Origin: a virus | Length of the DNA: 64,000 bases | Virus record (IMG/VR): IMGVR_UViG_3300022752_002834 | Coordinates: 54,292-118,291 of that record | Strand: one strand, 5' to 3' | Shown: positions 1-9,643 of the stretch, one piece after another | Position numbering within the stretch: position 1 is the stretch's first letter | Layout of the letters: each line of letters opens with the position of its first letter | The notes under the pieces: model-generated | Seen by the model: only the letters and a program-made list of their open reading frames with translations | Databases searched by the model: none | Told to the model about the DNA's origin: nothing | Program-made: the position numbers and the translations under genes

Positions 1-730
1 TTTTGATATTGAATTTATCGTGATAATTTACTATGCTTGGGGTTTTGACCTTAATATCAAATAGCTTTGCTTCTGATATTAGTTCATAAATTTCTTGGTG
101 TGGATCTTGCTTCTCGTTTGCATAATACAAATAAGACAAGAAGAATTCTTTAGTATTATGAGCTTTATAATATGCACTCCAGTATGAACATACAGCATAC
201 GACACGCTGTGAGACTTATTGAATGCATATCTAGATGACTTTTCTATCCATCCGAATATCTGTTCCGCTTCTTCTTTAGATACTGTTCCAACGCGTTCAG
301 CACCCGCTATAAATGATTTCTTGACCTCGTTCATGAGATCAGCCTTTTTCTTTCCAATGGCCTTACGAAGAACGTCAGCCTCTTGTAGATTGAAACCAGC
401 GATCTTTTGGGCAATACGCATGGACTGTTCTTGATACACAAGAACGCCATAGGTTGACTTCAATATTTCTTCTAATGCTGGATGTAAATAAGTAACTTCT
501 TCCCGACCATGTTTTCTATCAACATAGTGCTGTGTCATGCTTTTGCCGTCAACATATGCCTTCAATGTTCCCGGCCTAATGATAGCAATAAGAGCAGACA
601 ATTCTTCTATGTTTGTTGGTGCTAATTTCTTAGCCCAAGATTTGCCTAGATTACTTTCAAGCTGAAAGATGCCCTTGGTTTTTCCTTCTGCAAATAATTG
701 CCAAGTTAACTTATCATTATAGTTCATCAT
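1..730 (-). CDS. dnaE: DNA polymerase III alpha (DnaE), C-terminal part of a split gene; runs off the left edge
   Basis: Not in the ORF track. Manual translation from ATG at 730 gives MMNYNDKLTWQLFAEGKTKGIFQLES...IRPG...TYGVLVYQEQ...LRKAIGKKK...YAFNKSHS, which are DnaE fingers-domain motifs. Confidence 0.93.
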   Translation of the reverse strand, partial: MMNYNDKLTWQLFAEGKTKGIFQLESNLGKSWAKKLAPTNIEELSALIAIIRPGTLKAYVDGKSMTQHYVDRKHGREEVTYLHPALEEILKSTYGVLVYQEQSMRIAQKIAGFNLQEADVLRKAIGKKKADLMNEVKKSFIAGAERVGTVSKEEAEQIFGWIEKSSRYAFNKSHSVSYAVCSYWSAYYKAHNTKEFFLSYLYYANEKQDPHQEIYELISEAKLFDIKVKTPSIVNYHDKFNIK

Positions 731-1121
731 TTTGTAAATACTCAATAGCCTTCTGCAATATTACTCTATTGTCCTTAAACGCACCTATTCCCATGTTGCA
801 ATTGTGGCACAACCATCCTCTGAATTTATTAGTATCATGATTATGATCTAATACCCATCTTGTGCTTTTATTACCTCCACCAGATGATATTTGTTCTTCA
901 TTCCTATTACATATGGGACACTTATAATTTTCTGGTGGATTACCGTGTTCTTTTCGTAGTTCTTTTCTTTGTTTGCTCAATAAATTGTTGCATCTTTTGC
1001 ACTCTGGTCTGAGATAATTACTAGCACTATGTTTACTAAACTCAGAAATTGGCAAATCTTGTTTACATTTATTGCACTTTTTATTTGACATACAAGCCGC
1101 CGTTAGCAAAAGCTTTATCAA
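717..1121 (-). CDS. Endonuclease VII-like HNH (beta-beta-alpha-Me) endonuclease
   Basis: CxxC zinc knuckles; CPIC...LDHNHDTNKFRGWLCHNCNMGIG matches the EndoVII-family motif. Confidence 0.85.
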   Translation of the reverse strand: MIKLLLTAACMSNKKCNKCKQDLPISEFSKHSASNYLRPECKRCNNLLSKQRKELRKEHGNPPENYKCPICNRNEEQISSGGGNKSTRWVLDHNHDTNKFRGWLCHNCNMGIGAFKDNRVILQKAIEYLQNDEL

Positions 1122-1761
1122 AATTCATGTTTTGGTAGATAGCTCTATGAGTTTTCATGAGCTTAATGAATATGTTAGCTTCGTCTTTTACGTCTTGCAA
1201 TGCGTCGTGAGCATTTTCTTTACTAAGTCCCATTCTTTCCCTTAATGCATCCATGCTTATAGATTTTACAGATGGATCGCTTTCTGTCCAAGCAAAAATA
1301 TTATCCATTATATCGAACTTATAAACTTTACTGAATAGTTTTTGCTGCCGACGATCCTTATCCCAAGGACCAAATTGTTCACATAGTCTGTTTATAATTA
1401 TCATATCGAATGATATAATGTTAAAACCAACTGGGATCGGATTAAAAAATGCATCGCCCTTCCAATTATACTGTAAAACAAATTTAGAAAATTTATCCCA
1501 CACAGACTTTAGTGCCGGTGCTTTTTCAAGAGATTCTCTAGTTTTGTTGGTGATCTTTAATGCTTCGTCCTCTACTGGATCTAAACCAGCGGCTATAGCC
1601 TTTTCTTCATCAAAGATTGGCTGTATCTCACTGTTAAATTGACCCTTGACAGAAAAGTTTCTTCCATCTAATGCCAATGCTGCGATCTGCGTTGGTTGAG
1701 TCTTGTGTGGATTGCGTGATCCCGTTTCAAAATCGAACACGACAAAATCTCTTGTAGCCAT
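1081..1761 (-). CDS. DEDDh 3'-5' exonuclease (DnaQ/epsilon-like)
   Basis: ExoI VFDFETG, ExoII FNIISFD, ExoIII HDALQD. Confidence 0.9.
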   Translation of the reverse strand: MATRDFVVFDFETGSRNPHKTQPTQIAALALDGRNFSVKGQFNSEIQPIFDEEKAIAAGLDPVEDEALKITNKTRESLEKAPALKSVWDKFSKFVLQYNWKGDAFFNPIPVGFNIISFDMIIINRLCEQFGPWDKDRRQQKLFSKVYKFDIMDNIFAWTESDPSVKSISMDALRERMGLSKENAHDALQDVKDEANIFIKLMKTHRAIYQNMNFDKAFANGGLYVK

Positions 1762-1766
1762 ATTGT

Positions 1767-2426
1767 TTATCCTATCTTTCTATCCAAATGTGTTAATGTT
1801 TGATATATATCTGATTTTTGATTTTGCAATACAATGGCCTCGCAAAAATCTAAAAACTCTCTCTCGCCCATATTTCCCTTCATAATATTAACTCTTTTAT
1901 GCACCCATTGAACATTTCCCTCTATATAAGGTAGCGACGGATCAATTCTGTCTAGCGATGCGTTAGCCTGTCCCATTCTATGTTCTAGATTGTTTCTTGA
2001 GAAGAACAAAAGTAATCCTGTGTATTTACATTTTCTATCTTGACTTAAAAATAATTCCCATATATATTCATTGGTTACATGGTAATCAATTTTCCTTTTT
2101 CTTGCTCCAGCCTTAATAGAAGATAAAAAAGCCCCCTGCATCTCTTTGTGTCCCGTATATTTAGGATTTTCTTCCCCACTAAGATAACATTTCTTTTTTC
2201 TAAATTTTACGCCATTAGATTTTAATATCTTCTGAATTTTCTTTGGGTATGAATTCAACTCTATTGCTATCGCTCTTGGGCTTTTACCATTCTTATATTG
2301 TTCTATTATATATGTATGGTCTAAGTCTTGTGCAAATTTTTTATCCGGTAAGAATCTTCCCTTATCGTTTCTTTTTAGTGTCATTTTATTCTCCTTGTTT
2401 AAGACCTGTCTCAATGTCTTATACAC
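1767..2426 (-). CDS. Putative homing endonuclease (HTH plus HNH-like domain)
   Basis: N-terminal HTH; CKYTG...SLDRIDPSLPYIEGNVQWVHKRVNIMK. The likely true start is ATG 2384, preceded by GGAG. Confidence 0.75.
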   Translation of the reverse strand: MYKTLRQVLNKENKMTLKRNDKGRFLPDKKFAQDLDHTYIIEQYKNGKSPRAIAIELNSYPKKIQKILKSNGVKFRKKKCYLSGEENPKYTGHKEMQGAFLSSIKAGARKRKIDYHVTNEYIWELFLSQDRKCKYTGLLLFFSRNNLEHRMGQANASLDRIDPSLPYIEGNVQWVHKRVNIMKGNMGEREFLDFCEAIVLQNQKSDIYQTLTHLDRKIG

Positions 2427-2435
2427 GGAAATATT

Positions 2436-4079
2436 TTAAAACTGGTTAATATGTTGTTTATCTTTGATATACATAATTTTATCAAGCAAATTGATTCCTA
2501 GAATATCAAATTTCACATGACCAAGAGCCTCTAAATCTGACATTTCTAATCCGGCTATCTTTTCGCCCGATCCCCTTTGATTCACCATTGGACATACATT
2601 ACTTAATTTATTTGCTGAAATAACAATACCAGCAGCGTGTTTTCCTTGGGTTTTAAAAGTACCCTCTATATCTATTGCTTGTTGAAAGTATTCAGCATAC
2701 TCACCATCTAGTCTTCCATCGTCATTAATATAACAAAAATCTCTTAACTCATCAGCATTGTTGATTAACGCCCAGCGTATGATAGATCTTTCGTCATCTT
2801 CCATGTCTGCCAACTGGTCAGAAATTTCTGCTTCATTAGGTATTGATTTAGTTATAGCATTCATTTCTGCAAAAGAACAGGCTTCATGTATTCTCAATAC
2901 TTCCTTGATAGCACTTCTTCCTTGCAATCTACCAAATGTGATCATTTGACTAACATGATCTTTTCCATACTTATTTTTTAAATAGGCTATAACTTCATCC
3001 CTTTTGTTACCCGGAACGTCCATATCTATATCTGGTAGCGATATATGATCTTGTGTATTTCTTCCAGCGTTGTAGAATCTTGCAAATAGTAAATCATATT
3101 CTAGAGGATCTATCTTAGTAACACCAATAAGATATGAGATTAGACATCCCGCAGCACTTCCTCTTCCCGGTCCAGACAACCAACCCATATCATTTACATA
3201 TTTGATAATGTCTTGAACTATCAAGAAATATCCGAATAGATTAGCACTCTTAATAATATCAAACTCTTCTTTGAATCTATCTAGGTATTTTTGCTTATCT
3301 TCTTCTGTCGATACTTTATCCTGCGATATTAAGAGTGTTCTCCATCCTTCTCTGCATAGTTCTTTTAGATATTCTTCTTCTGACTGATTGTTAGGACATT
3401 GAAACTTTGGAAGAATCGGTTTACTCAAGATATTATAGTCTTCGCATTGGTTATATATTGATTCTAGTTCTGCTGTATTTAAGTTCTTAGACTCGTCTTT
3501 GTTTAAAACATAAAAGTTATCTTGCATAAAGTACACAAGCTTATCCATATGTTCTTGAGGATATTTTGAATCTACGCTTACACCGCCAAGACGATCTGGT
3601 TTTATTGTTTTTTGAATCTTAGTTAGCGTTGTCTTCATGTCTGAACACAATAAAATTCTATGCAGTTTAGCGTCTTTCTTTTCTGCATAATAACTGTGTG
3701 GAATATCTTTTGATGATGAAGAACTAAGTTTGATCAAATTATTTCTAGACAAGGTTTTATCCAAAAAATCTTTTGCAAGTTCTCCATTTTCATCCAAAGA
3801 CGAAACTAAAGAAATTAGATCGTTCCAACCACTCTTATTCTTTGCAAAAAGAGTAAAATTATCAAATGAGCATCCTATGATTGGCTTGATGCCAACCTTT
3901 TTACATGCTTGATAAAACGATACAGCTCCAGATATTGTCTTATAATCGCAAATACCACAAGCTACATATCCGTTGTCCTTGCACTTAGCAGCAAGCTCTT
4001 CTGGCTTAGAAAAACCACGCAATAGACTATAATGTGTAAAATTTTTCAATGGAAACCAAGACATATATTTTCCTCGCAA
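2436..4079 (-). CDS. dnaE: DNA polymerase III alpha (DnaE), N-terminal part (degenerate PHP plus palm)
   Basis: YSLL, KPIIG, GPGRGSAAG, PDIDMD, GKHAAG and KFDILG motifs; the ORF ends just after the palm. Confidence 0.95.
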   Translation of the reverse strand: MRGKYMSWFPLKNFTHYSLLRGFSKPEELAAKCKDNGYVACGICDYKTISGAVSFYQACKKVGIKPIIGCSFDNFTLFAKNKSGWNDLISLVSSLDENGELAKDFLDKTLSRNNLIKLSSSSSKDIPHSYYAEKKDAKLHRILLCSDMKTTLTKIQKTIKPDRLGGVSVDSKYPQEHMDKLVYFMQDNFYVLNKDESKNLNTAELESIYNQCEDYNILSKPILPKFQCPNNQSEEEYLKELCREGWRTLLISQDKVSTEEDKQKYLDRFKEEFDIIKSANLFGYFLIVQDIIKYVNDMGWLSGPGRGSAAGCLISYLIGVTKIDPLEYDLLFARFYNAGRNTQDHISLPDIDMDVPGNKRDEVIAYLKNKYGKDHVSQMITFGRLQGRSAIKEVLRIHEACSFAEMNAITKSIPNEAEISDQLADMEDDERSIIRWALINNADELRDFCYINDDGRLDGEYAEYFQQAIDIEGTFKTQGKHAAGIVISANKLSNVCPMVNQRGSGEKIAGLEMSDLEALGHVKFDILGINLLDKIMYIKDKQHINQF

Positions 4080-4121
4080 CTAGAACTCAATCAATCTATT
4101 ATATCAACGTTAAGCCAAGAA

Positions 4122-4153
4122 AACAATGGTGGGCAGTGTCACCCACCAGTGTT
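4122..4153 (-). terminator. Intrinsic terminator-like hairpin
   Basis: AACAATGGTGGG/CCCACCAGTGTT stem followed by a T-rich tract on the minus strand. Confidence 0.55.
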
Positions 4154-4163
4154 CTCTATACTA

Positions 4164-4457
4164 TCAACCATTTAATCCAAGTTGTTCTTTACTAGCCTTT
4201 GGTAAAGCGGCAACAAACTCTGGACCCTTGCTTTTGCACTTGTTATAAAGCTTTTTTAGAAATGCTTCGTAACTCATATTGCCTTTCATGCGTCCAAAAT
4301 TACTAATAGCATCTTTTACATCTTGTGGAGTTACTATGGGAAATGATCTATCTTCTGGAAAAAGAAAATCACTATCCTTTAGTTCATTGCGTTTCTTACC
4401 TTTGTAAGTTTTTTGATAGGCGTATAAATCTTCTACATCTTGATTAATTTTATTCAT
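4164..4457 (-). CDS. Hypothetical phage protein (DUF6582-like)
   Basis: RNELKDSDFLFPEDRSFPI...VKDAISNF pattern. Confidence 0.55.
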   Translation of the reverse strand: MNKINQDVEDLYAYQKTYKGKKRNELKDSDFLFPEDRSFPIVTPQDVKDAISNFGRMKGNMSYEAFLKKLYNKCKSKGPEFVAALPKASKEQLGLNG

Positions 4458-4890
4458 TATTAGTCTCCGTGTCAGTTAATGGACCGCCAGTTATCCAAGC
4501 ATCACAAGTTCTTGATCCAGCACATTTGAAATCAAATAATTCACAATATCCAAGATTTGCTTCACTAACAATTTCTTTAGATATTATCTCTTCATCTATT
4601 AATGTGGATGCTATTCCCTTTTCTATACATTCTATCATTTTTTCTTTGATTACAAATGCGGCGCAGTTTGAACACCGCATTGTTTTAGCTTCTTCTAACG
4701 AAGTTTTAAACAAGTCTGCTTTCGCTTGCCAAAAATCATCATTAGATAAATCTGGATTTGCTGGTCCATAGTTTGCCTTATCTACACAAATTTTTCTATT
4801 AGCTAGATTTAGACTAATATCTTGTGTTGCTTGTGGACACTCTATGCGAGCTTTAACTTGTTCAAATAATTCTTTTGTTCTGTCTACCAT
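4450..4890 (-). CDS. Cys-rich hypothetical protein with HiPIP-like Cys spacing
   Basis: CSNCAAF...GYCELF...TCDAW. Confidence 0.55.
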   Translation of the reverse strand: MVDRTKELFEQVKARIECPQATQDISLNLANRKICVDKANYGPANPDLSNDDFWQAKADLFKTSLEEAKTMRCSNCAAFVIKEKMIECIEKGIASTLIDEEIISKEIVSEANLGYCELFDFKCAGSRTCDAWITGGPLTDTETNNE

Positions 4891-4985
4891 ATTACACCTG
4901 TAATGATAAAAAGTTGTCTAGACCCATTTGTTCAATTAGTTTATTCATTGATTTATGTAACATTGTTTTCTCCATTAAAAGTAAT

Positions 4986-6011
4986 TTACCAAGATTTACA
5001 AGCCCAATAACGAGCCTTCCATTTTGGGCCGGGATTATCGCAGTTGTGTCTAGCCCTAAAGCTCTTTCTTCTTTCTGGAATGTTCTTTTTGATTTTCATA
5101 TTTGGGTCACCAAATCTTACTATAACAACATTGCCACTCTCATTCTTAACATATACGGCGAACTTCTTAGGACCATCAGAAGTTCTAAATGGTTTATTGA
5201 GCGTTACCTTACGTCCTTGATATTCAGAAGCTTCACCAACATATGTTAATCGCCTACCATCTTTTTCGTAAATTCCTTGACGTTTATAATTATATACTTC
5301 TCCAGTTTTTGGATCTTCGTATTTGAAGCCAGCATCAGACTCAGGCTCTTCTATCTCTAATTCTGATGGCTCTTCAACTTCTTCTGGAGTATATTCGTCT
5401 TCATACTTACCGGGTTCGTAGTACTTTACAAAGTCATAAACATTCTGAATGTATATTTCGGCTTTAGAAATCATGTCCTTTGTCCAATCTTGGAATTCTA
5501 CAGACAAAGACATTCCCTTTAATCTCATTATGATTTCCATCAACTGATCATGCATTTTTTGGATTTGTTCTAATGCCATTTCATCGCCATCATCAGACTG
5601 AGCTTTTTTCCAAGCTTCTTTACTTGGTCTGTCTGGATCTCCCGGCTTGGCTGGCTTATAATTCTTACCTTCGCGTTCTCTTTTCTTTCTAATATTATCC
5701 CATAGTCCCGGCTTCTCACCAGCAACGTCCCACTCTTCTGTTTCTTCGCCAAAATCCTCGTACTCTGCTTCAGAAGGAACATAAAAATTGTCTTCTGTTA
5801 GTTCTTCGGCGTAGCCAGCTTCCATTTGTAATTCAAAATCAGCAGATTCTACACAATCACAATCTGCCGTGGCTTGACCAATACATATAGCAACTCTTTG
5901 CTTTTGATCTGGATAATCCTTTTTCATTGTTTCATTACCCATGCAGCGGGATACGAAAGCGTCCTTTTGTTCATCTTTTCGTCTATTAGGAATTGGCATG
6001 ATGTTCTCCAC
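4986..6011 (-). CDS. Mosaic multi-domain hypothetical protein
   Basis: Long ORF of short basic modules separated by acidic linkers; C-terminal RFGDP...RRKSFRARHNC...ARYWAC module. Confidence 0.7.
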   Translation of the reverse strand: MENIMPIPNRRKDEQKDAFVSRCMGNETMKKDYPDQKQRVAICIGQATADCDCVESADFELQMEAGYAEELTEDNFYVPSEAEYEDFGEETEEWDVAGEKPGLWDNIRKKREREGKNYKPAKPGDPDRPSKEAWKKAQSDDGDEMALEQIQKMHDQLMEIIMRLKGMSLSVEFQDWTKDMISKAEIYIQNVYDFVKYYEPGKYEDEYTPEEVEEPSELEIEEPESDAGFKYEDPKTGEVYNYKRQGIYEKDGRRLTYVGEASEYQGRKVTLNKPFRTSDGPKKFAVYVKNESGNVVIVRFGDPNMKIKKNIPERRKSFRARHNCDNPGPKWKARYWACKSW

Positions 6012-6861
6012 TGTTAAAGATTAATGTCTTAGCTTCTTCGAATATATTGTTCATACTCCATTCTGGAATTCTACTTTGAAAATGATTCTTTATATCTTGT
6101 ATCATTTGGTGATTTGGATCTTGTGTTATTTCCATCCACCCAATAAAATAGTTCCAGATTCTATCTTCTAATACTAGTCGATACTTTACGCCATTTGGGC
6201 GACTAAATCTATGATTCCATTTCAATTGTGGCAAGCATATATTTTTACCACCCCATTGTCTAAATTTTTCTGCTATATAGCCCTCTTCTCCACCGAATCC
6301 TTTAAAATTTGTATTTATGCCCTTCCAAGCAGATTTTTTAAAAGATAACAAACCCATTCCCTGCATTGGAATTTCAAAAGGCTTACATGCATTGTAAGAT
6401 TGGGCGTCTGTAGCCCATATTCCATACATATCTCCACGCCAAACTGGATCAAAGTGCGTAGAATAATGCTTTAAATCATCATACCACAATGGACCTTGAA
6501 CTAAGTCTTTGCACGGGTAATGATGCTCAAAATAGGATAAGAGATTATTGATACCATTATCTTGAATAAGAACATGGCAATCTATTATAAGTACATACTC
6601 CCCGTCAGAATACTCCACAATATCATACTTATTGAAAGATGACTGTCTCTTTTTATATGGTATGTATTTTCCACGTACAGCATTTTCTACAAACTTTTTG
6701 CACTCTTTACCATGTTGTCCATCTGGATTGCTATCTAATACTATAAACTCAACAGCATCTTTATCCGCACATATTGGGTGATACATTCTCAATGATTGTA
6801 TGGAGAAAAATACTCCATCATAATCATCATAAGTCGCCATGCCTATTGTCAATTTTTTCAT
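5986..6861 (-). CDS. Glycosyltransferase family 2 (GT-A fold)
   Basis: LTIGMATYD, FIVLDS, IIDCH (DxD-like) and GFGGEE motifs. Confidence 0.8.
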   Translation of the reverse strand: MKKLTIGMATYDDYDGVFFSIQSLRMYHPICADKDAVEFIVLDSNPDGQHGKECKKFVENAVRGKYIPYKKRQSSFNKYDIVEYSDGEYVLIIDCHVLIQDNGINNLLSYFEHHYPCKDLVQGPLWYDDLKHYSTHFDPVWRGDMYGIWATDAQSYNACKPFEIPMQGMGLLSFKKSAWKGINTNFKGFGGEEGYIAEKFRQWGGKNICLPQLKWNHRFSRPNGVKYRLVLEDRIWNYFIGWMEITQDPNHQMIQDIKNHFQSRIPEWSMNNIFEEAKTLIFNSGEHHANS

Positions 6862-6863
6862 GT

Positions 6864-7883
6864 TTAACCCGGTGCAGAATAAAAGCCTATATCAAATCCG
6901 GGTTTGGTGCATTGTTTTATAGCTTCATCCATACCCTTGGTTTTAAGTACGTTCTCTATATGTATACACATATTGGTGTCTGTTCCCGGCCAGTTATTCT
7001 TGCAATAATGGCACAATTTAGTGCATTTCCAGCCCTGTCTATCTTCTGATATTGGTTTTGGAGTATTATTTTTCTGTATGTCTTTGAACCTCTCTTTTAG
7101 CATATTTAGGAATCTAGACTCATCTGCTTTGTCAAAACACATAGAAAATGGTCCACCATCCTTAATAAAGAAAATGCTCATTATAGACTGTTTGTATTCT
7201 GGAAATAATTTTGATATTGCATAGTTGTATAGCAAAAGCTGTGGATCTGAACATAACTTTTCATATGTTTTTTCCTCGCCCGTAGCCCAATCAAGCCTTC
7301 TGCCAGTTTTCCAATCGATTACTTCTATAATACCATCAGAAGACTCTGTAACTAAGTCTATAGTACCCTTGATTGCTAACTGACCTTTAATCATCTTACC
7401 ATTTACTTCATATTCATAAAACGCCCAATCTTCATCTATCGGTATATCGAAATGTGGCTCTGCTGCAACTATCTTTCTATACCTTGGATCAAACTGACCA
7501 TCATTATATGATAGAGTGTCCCAAACGAGTTTCAAACAATCATTTTGATCAGCTTTGGAGAAACTGTTTTTTGATTCGGATGTATAAAAATTGTAACTTT
7601 TCTGCAAAAGCTCGTCTATGAACTTAGCTGTATACAGTTCTGATTTTTTGATATTAATCTCACCAACAGCCTCGTCTTGAATACATAGTTTTAGTTTTTT
7701 AGGATTATCTTGTGCGAACTTCTTTAGTTTTGCTAAGACTTCCATCACTTTATGGACTATGGTTCCAAGCTCTGCCTTTTTACCACTATCTGATTGATGA
7801 CCAAGTACGTATGTAATAAAGTACTGCATTTGGCAGTATGCATAATTATTATAACTAGATGATCTTATGTATGTTACTAGCAT
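6864..7883 (-). CDS. PD-(D/E)XK exonuclease, Cas4/AddB-like, with Fe-S staple cysteines
   Basis: N-terminal YCQ, GTIVH, GTIDLV, IDWKTG, QLLLY and C-terminal CTKLCHYC. Confidence 0.85.
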   Translation of the reverse strand: MLVTYIRSSSYNNYAYCQMQYFITYVLGHQSDSGKKAELGTIVHKVMEVLAKLKKFAQDNPKKLKLCIQDEAVGEINIKKSELYTAKFIDELLQKSYNFYTSESKNSFSKADQNDCLKLVWDTLSYNDGQFDPRYRKIVAAEPHFDIPIDEDWAFYEYEVNGKMIKGQLAIKGTIDLVTESSDGIIEVIDWKTGRRLDWATGEEKTYEKLCSDPQLLLYNYAISKLFPEYKQSIMSIFFIKDGGPFSMCFDKADESRFLNMLKERFKDIQKNNTPKPISEDRQGWKCTKLCHYCKNNWPGTDTNMCIHIENVLKTKGMDEAIKQCTKPGFDIGFYSAPG

Positions 7884-7884
7884 A

Positions 7885-8622
7885 TTAGCTCCAAAGATGA
7901 GAATATATTTTTAATGTTTCGAACAACTGATTGAGATCCAGATTAGAATTATCTATAACGAGATCGAAGTTGTTCCAATCATAATTCTTTTTATCTAGAG
8001 CAGATTCTGCTTCAAAATCACTATTGAATATATCTCTTGTTAATCTTATGACTTTTCCACCGGCTTTCTTTATTGCGTCTACTTCATTGGGAAATCTAAC
8101 ATCTGGTATGATCGCTATTTCAGAATTATCGGATAATATATTTTTAAGTGTGTATTCTGCCCAAGCGTCAGATTTTATTTTTCGAATAATCGATGTTCCA
8201 AAATACTCTAAAAATTCTCGTATAGTTAGGTTTTCTTCGCTGGCATTTCCACCGGGAAGATCAGACCAAATAAAAGGTGTCTTCTGATTCTTATCATCAT
8301 TGGATCCATATACCAGCTTTGAATCTAGACCAAATAGATTTATAGCCAAATCCTTTAGTGGGTCTGCAAAGTGATAAACTTTTATGTAGGGCCATAGTTC
8401 TTTTTCAGCATACTCTACAAATACTTGATCTTTTCTGGTAACGTCAAATATACCATAGCCAACTTTGCCAGAATTATCTTTTGTTGATACAGCCAAAGAT
8501 CCATCTTGCTCAATAAAAAAGTCTGATATCATTCCCCTATTTGCAAGAACCACACCATTTATGTAGTTAGCAACAGTATTTTTACCAGCCTGTTTTCTAC
8601 CAGATATGCCTACGATCTTCAT
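7885..8622 (-). CDS. Deoxynucleoside monophosphate kinase
   Basis: GISGRKQAGKNT P-loop, FADPLK, REFLEYFGT, DVRFPNE. Confidence 0.88.
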   Translation of the reverse strand: MKIVGISGRKQAGKNTVANYINGVVLANRGMISDFFIEQDGSLAVSTKDNSGKVGYGIFDVTRKDQVFVEYAEKELWPYIKVYHFADPLKDLAINLFGLDSKLVYGSNDDKNQKTPFIWSDLPGGNASEENLTIREFLEYFGTSIIRKIKSDAWAEYTLKNILSDNSEIAIIPDVRFPNEVDAIKKAGGKVIRLTRDIFNSDFEAESALDKKNYDWNNFDLVIDNSNLDLNQLFETLKIYSHLWS

Positions 8623-8623
8623 A

Positions 8624-9643
8624 TTAACCCCTTATTTGTGATAATACATTCTTCTTGATTTGCTCAATAGACATTTCGCCAATGTCTTTATGATTTAATT
8701 TTGGGAAACTAAGCTTATAGAATCTTCCCAATTGTCTTTGTAGCTGTATCTTGGATTCTCGTCCAGCTTGATCGTTGTCCGTTAAAATAATTATATGAGT
8801 CAGAGGCAGTTGTTGCAACTTGGATTGTTGCTCTTTGGTTAAAGTCTTACCAAATATTCCAACCGCGTTATATATTCCAGCCTCATACAATTTCCATAAA
8901 TCTCCCTGTCCTTCTACTATAAAAACAGAATTGGACTGATGTATGTATGGTAATGCTCTATGTATGTTGTAAAAATGGAATCGTTTGTCGAACCCTTTGG
9001 GATAAATAAGAAACTTGGGTATCTTATACTCTTTTATTGATCTACCAATGTATCCTATGATCTGTCCACACTCACTATGAATAGGGATAACCGACCTGTC
9101 ATATAGCTTACATGTCTTGTCTAAACAATCGCCAACGCCAAAATGTTCTAGAGTTTTTTTCTTGAATCCACGATTTAAGAAGTATTTTGATGGTATATCA
9201 AGAGATAATTCTACATCAACGCTGTTTATTGTGGGTTTCGTTGCCGTTTCTTTCAAAAGATCTATAAGCTCCTCAAAATCGCTTTTTTCTTCTTGAGGCT
9301 CTATTGTCGTTGCGGCATTTTGCTCATCAATATTAAGATTGAACTCTTTTCTGATCCATCCCAAAACATCGCCAAAACCAACGTCTTCGCCTTTCTCGTT
9401 CGATAAAGCACCAGATATTAGTCCAAATATATCATTCTTATGATTATTCTGACATTCTCTAGTCCAGCATTTCCATATGCCTCTATTCTTAGAAAATGAG
9501 AACGCTCTTGGATTATCACTTGATTCATGTACTGGGCAAGTGGAGTAGATGTTATCTCCAAAAACTTCATACTTGATACCAAGCTTTGAAAGAACATCTT
9601 CTATTCTATTGTTCAGTACTTTTTTAATCTGTAACAAGTTCAT
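8624..9643 (-). CDS. dnaG: DNA primase (CHC2 zinc finger plus Toprim)
   Basis: CPVH...WKCWTREC; VEGQGD; DNDQAG. Confidence 0.9.
   Translation of the reverse strand: MNLLQIKKVLNNRIEDVLSKLGIKYEVFGDNIYSTCPVHESSDNPRAFSFSKNRGIWKCWTRECQNNHKNDIFGLISGALSNEKGEDVGFGDVLGWIRKEFNLNIDEQNAATTIEPQEEKSDFEELIDLLKETATKPTINSVDVELSLDIPSKYFLNRGFKKKTLEHFGVGDCLDKTCKLYDRSVIPIHSECGQIIGYIGRSIKEYKIPKFLIYPKGFDKRFHFYNIHRALPYIHQSNSVFIVEGQGDLWKLYEAGIYNAVGIFGKTLTKEQQSKLQQLPLTHIIILTDNDQAGRESKIQLQRQLGRFYKLSFPKLNHKDIGEMSIEQIKKNVLSQIRG

Noticed and set aside
731-2435. Group I intron or intein in dnaE
   Set aside because: The interval is fully coding, including a housekeeping exonuclease; no splice-junction residues or room for a ribozyme core.
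6864-7883. CRISPR-Cas locus, suggested by the Cas4-like nuclease
   Set aside because: Solo nuclease in a replication operon; no other cas genes and no repeat-spacer array.
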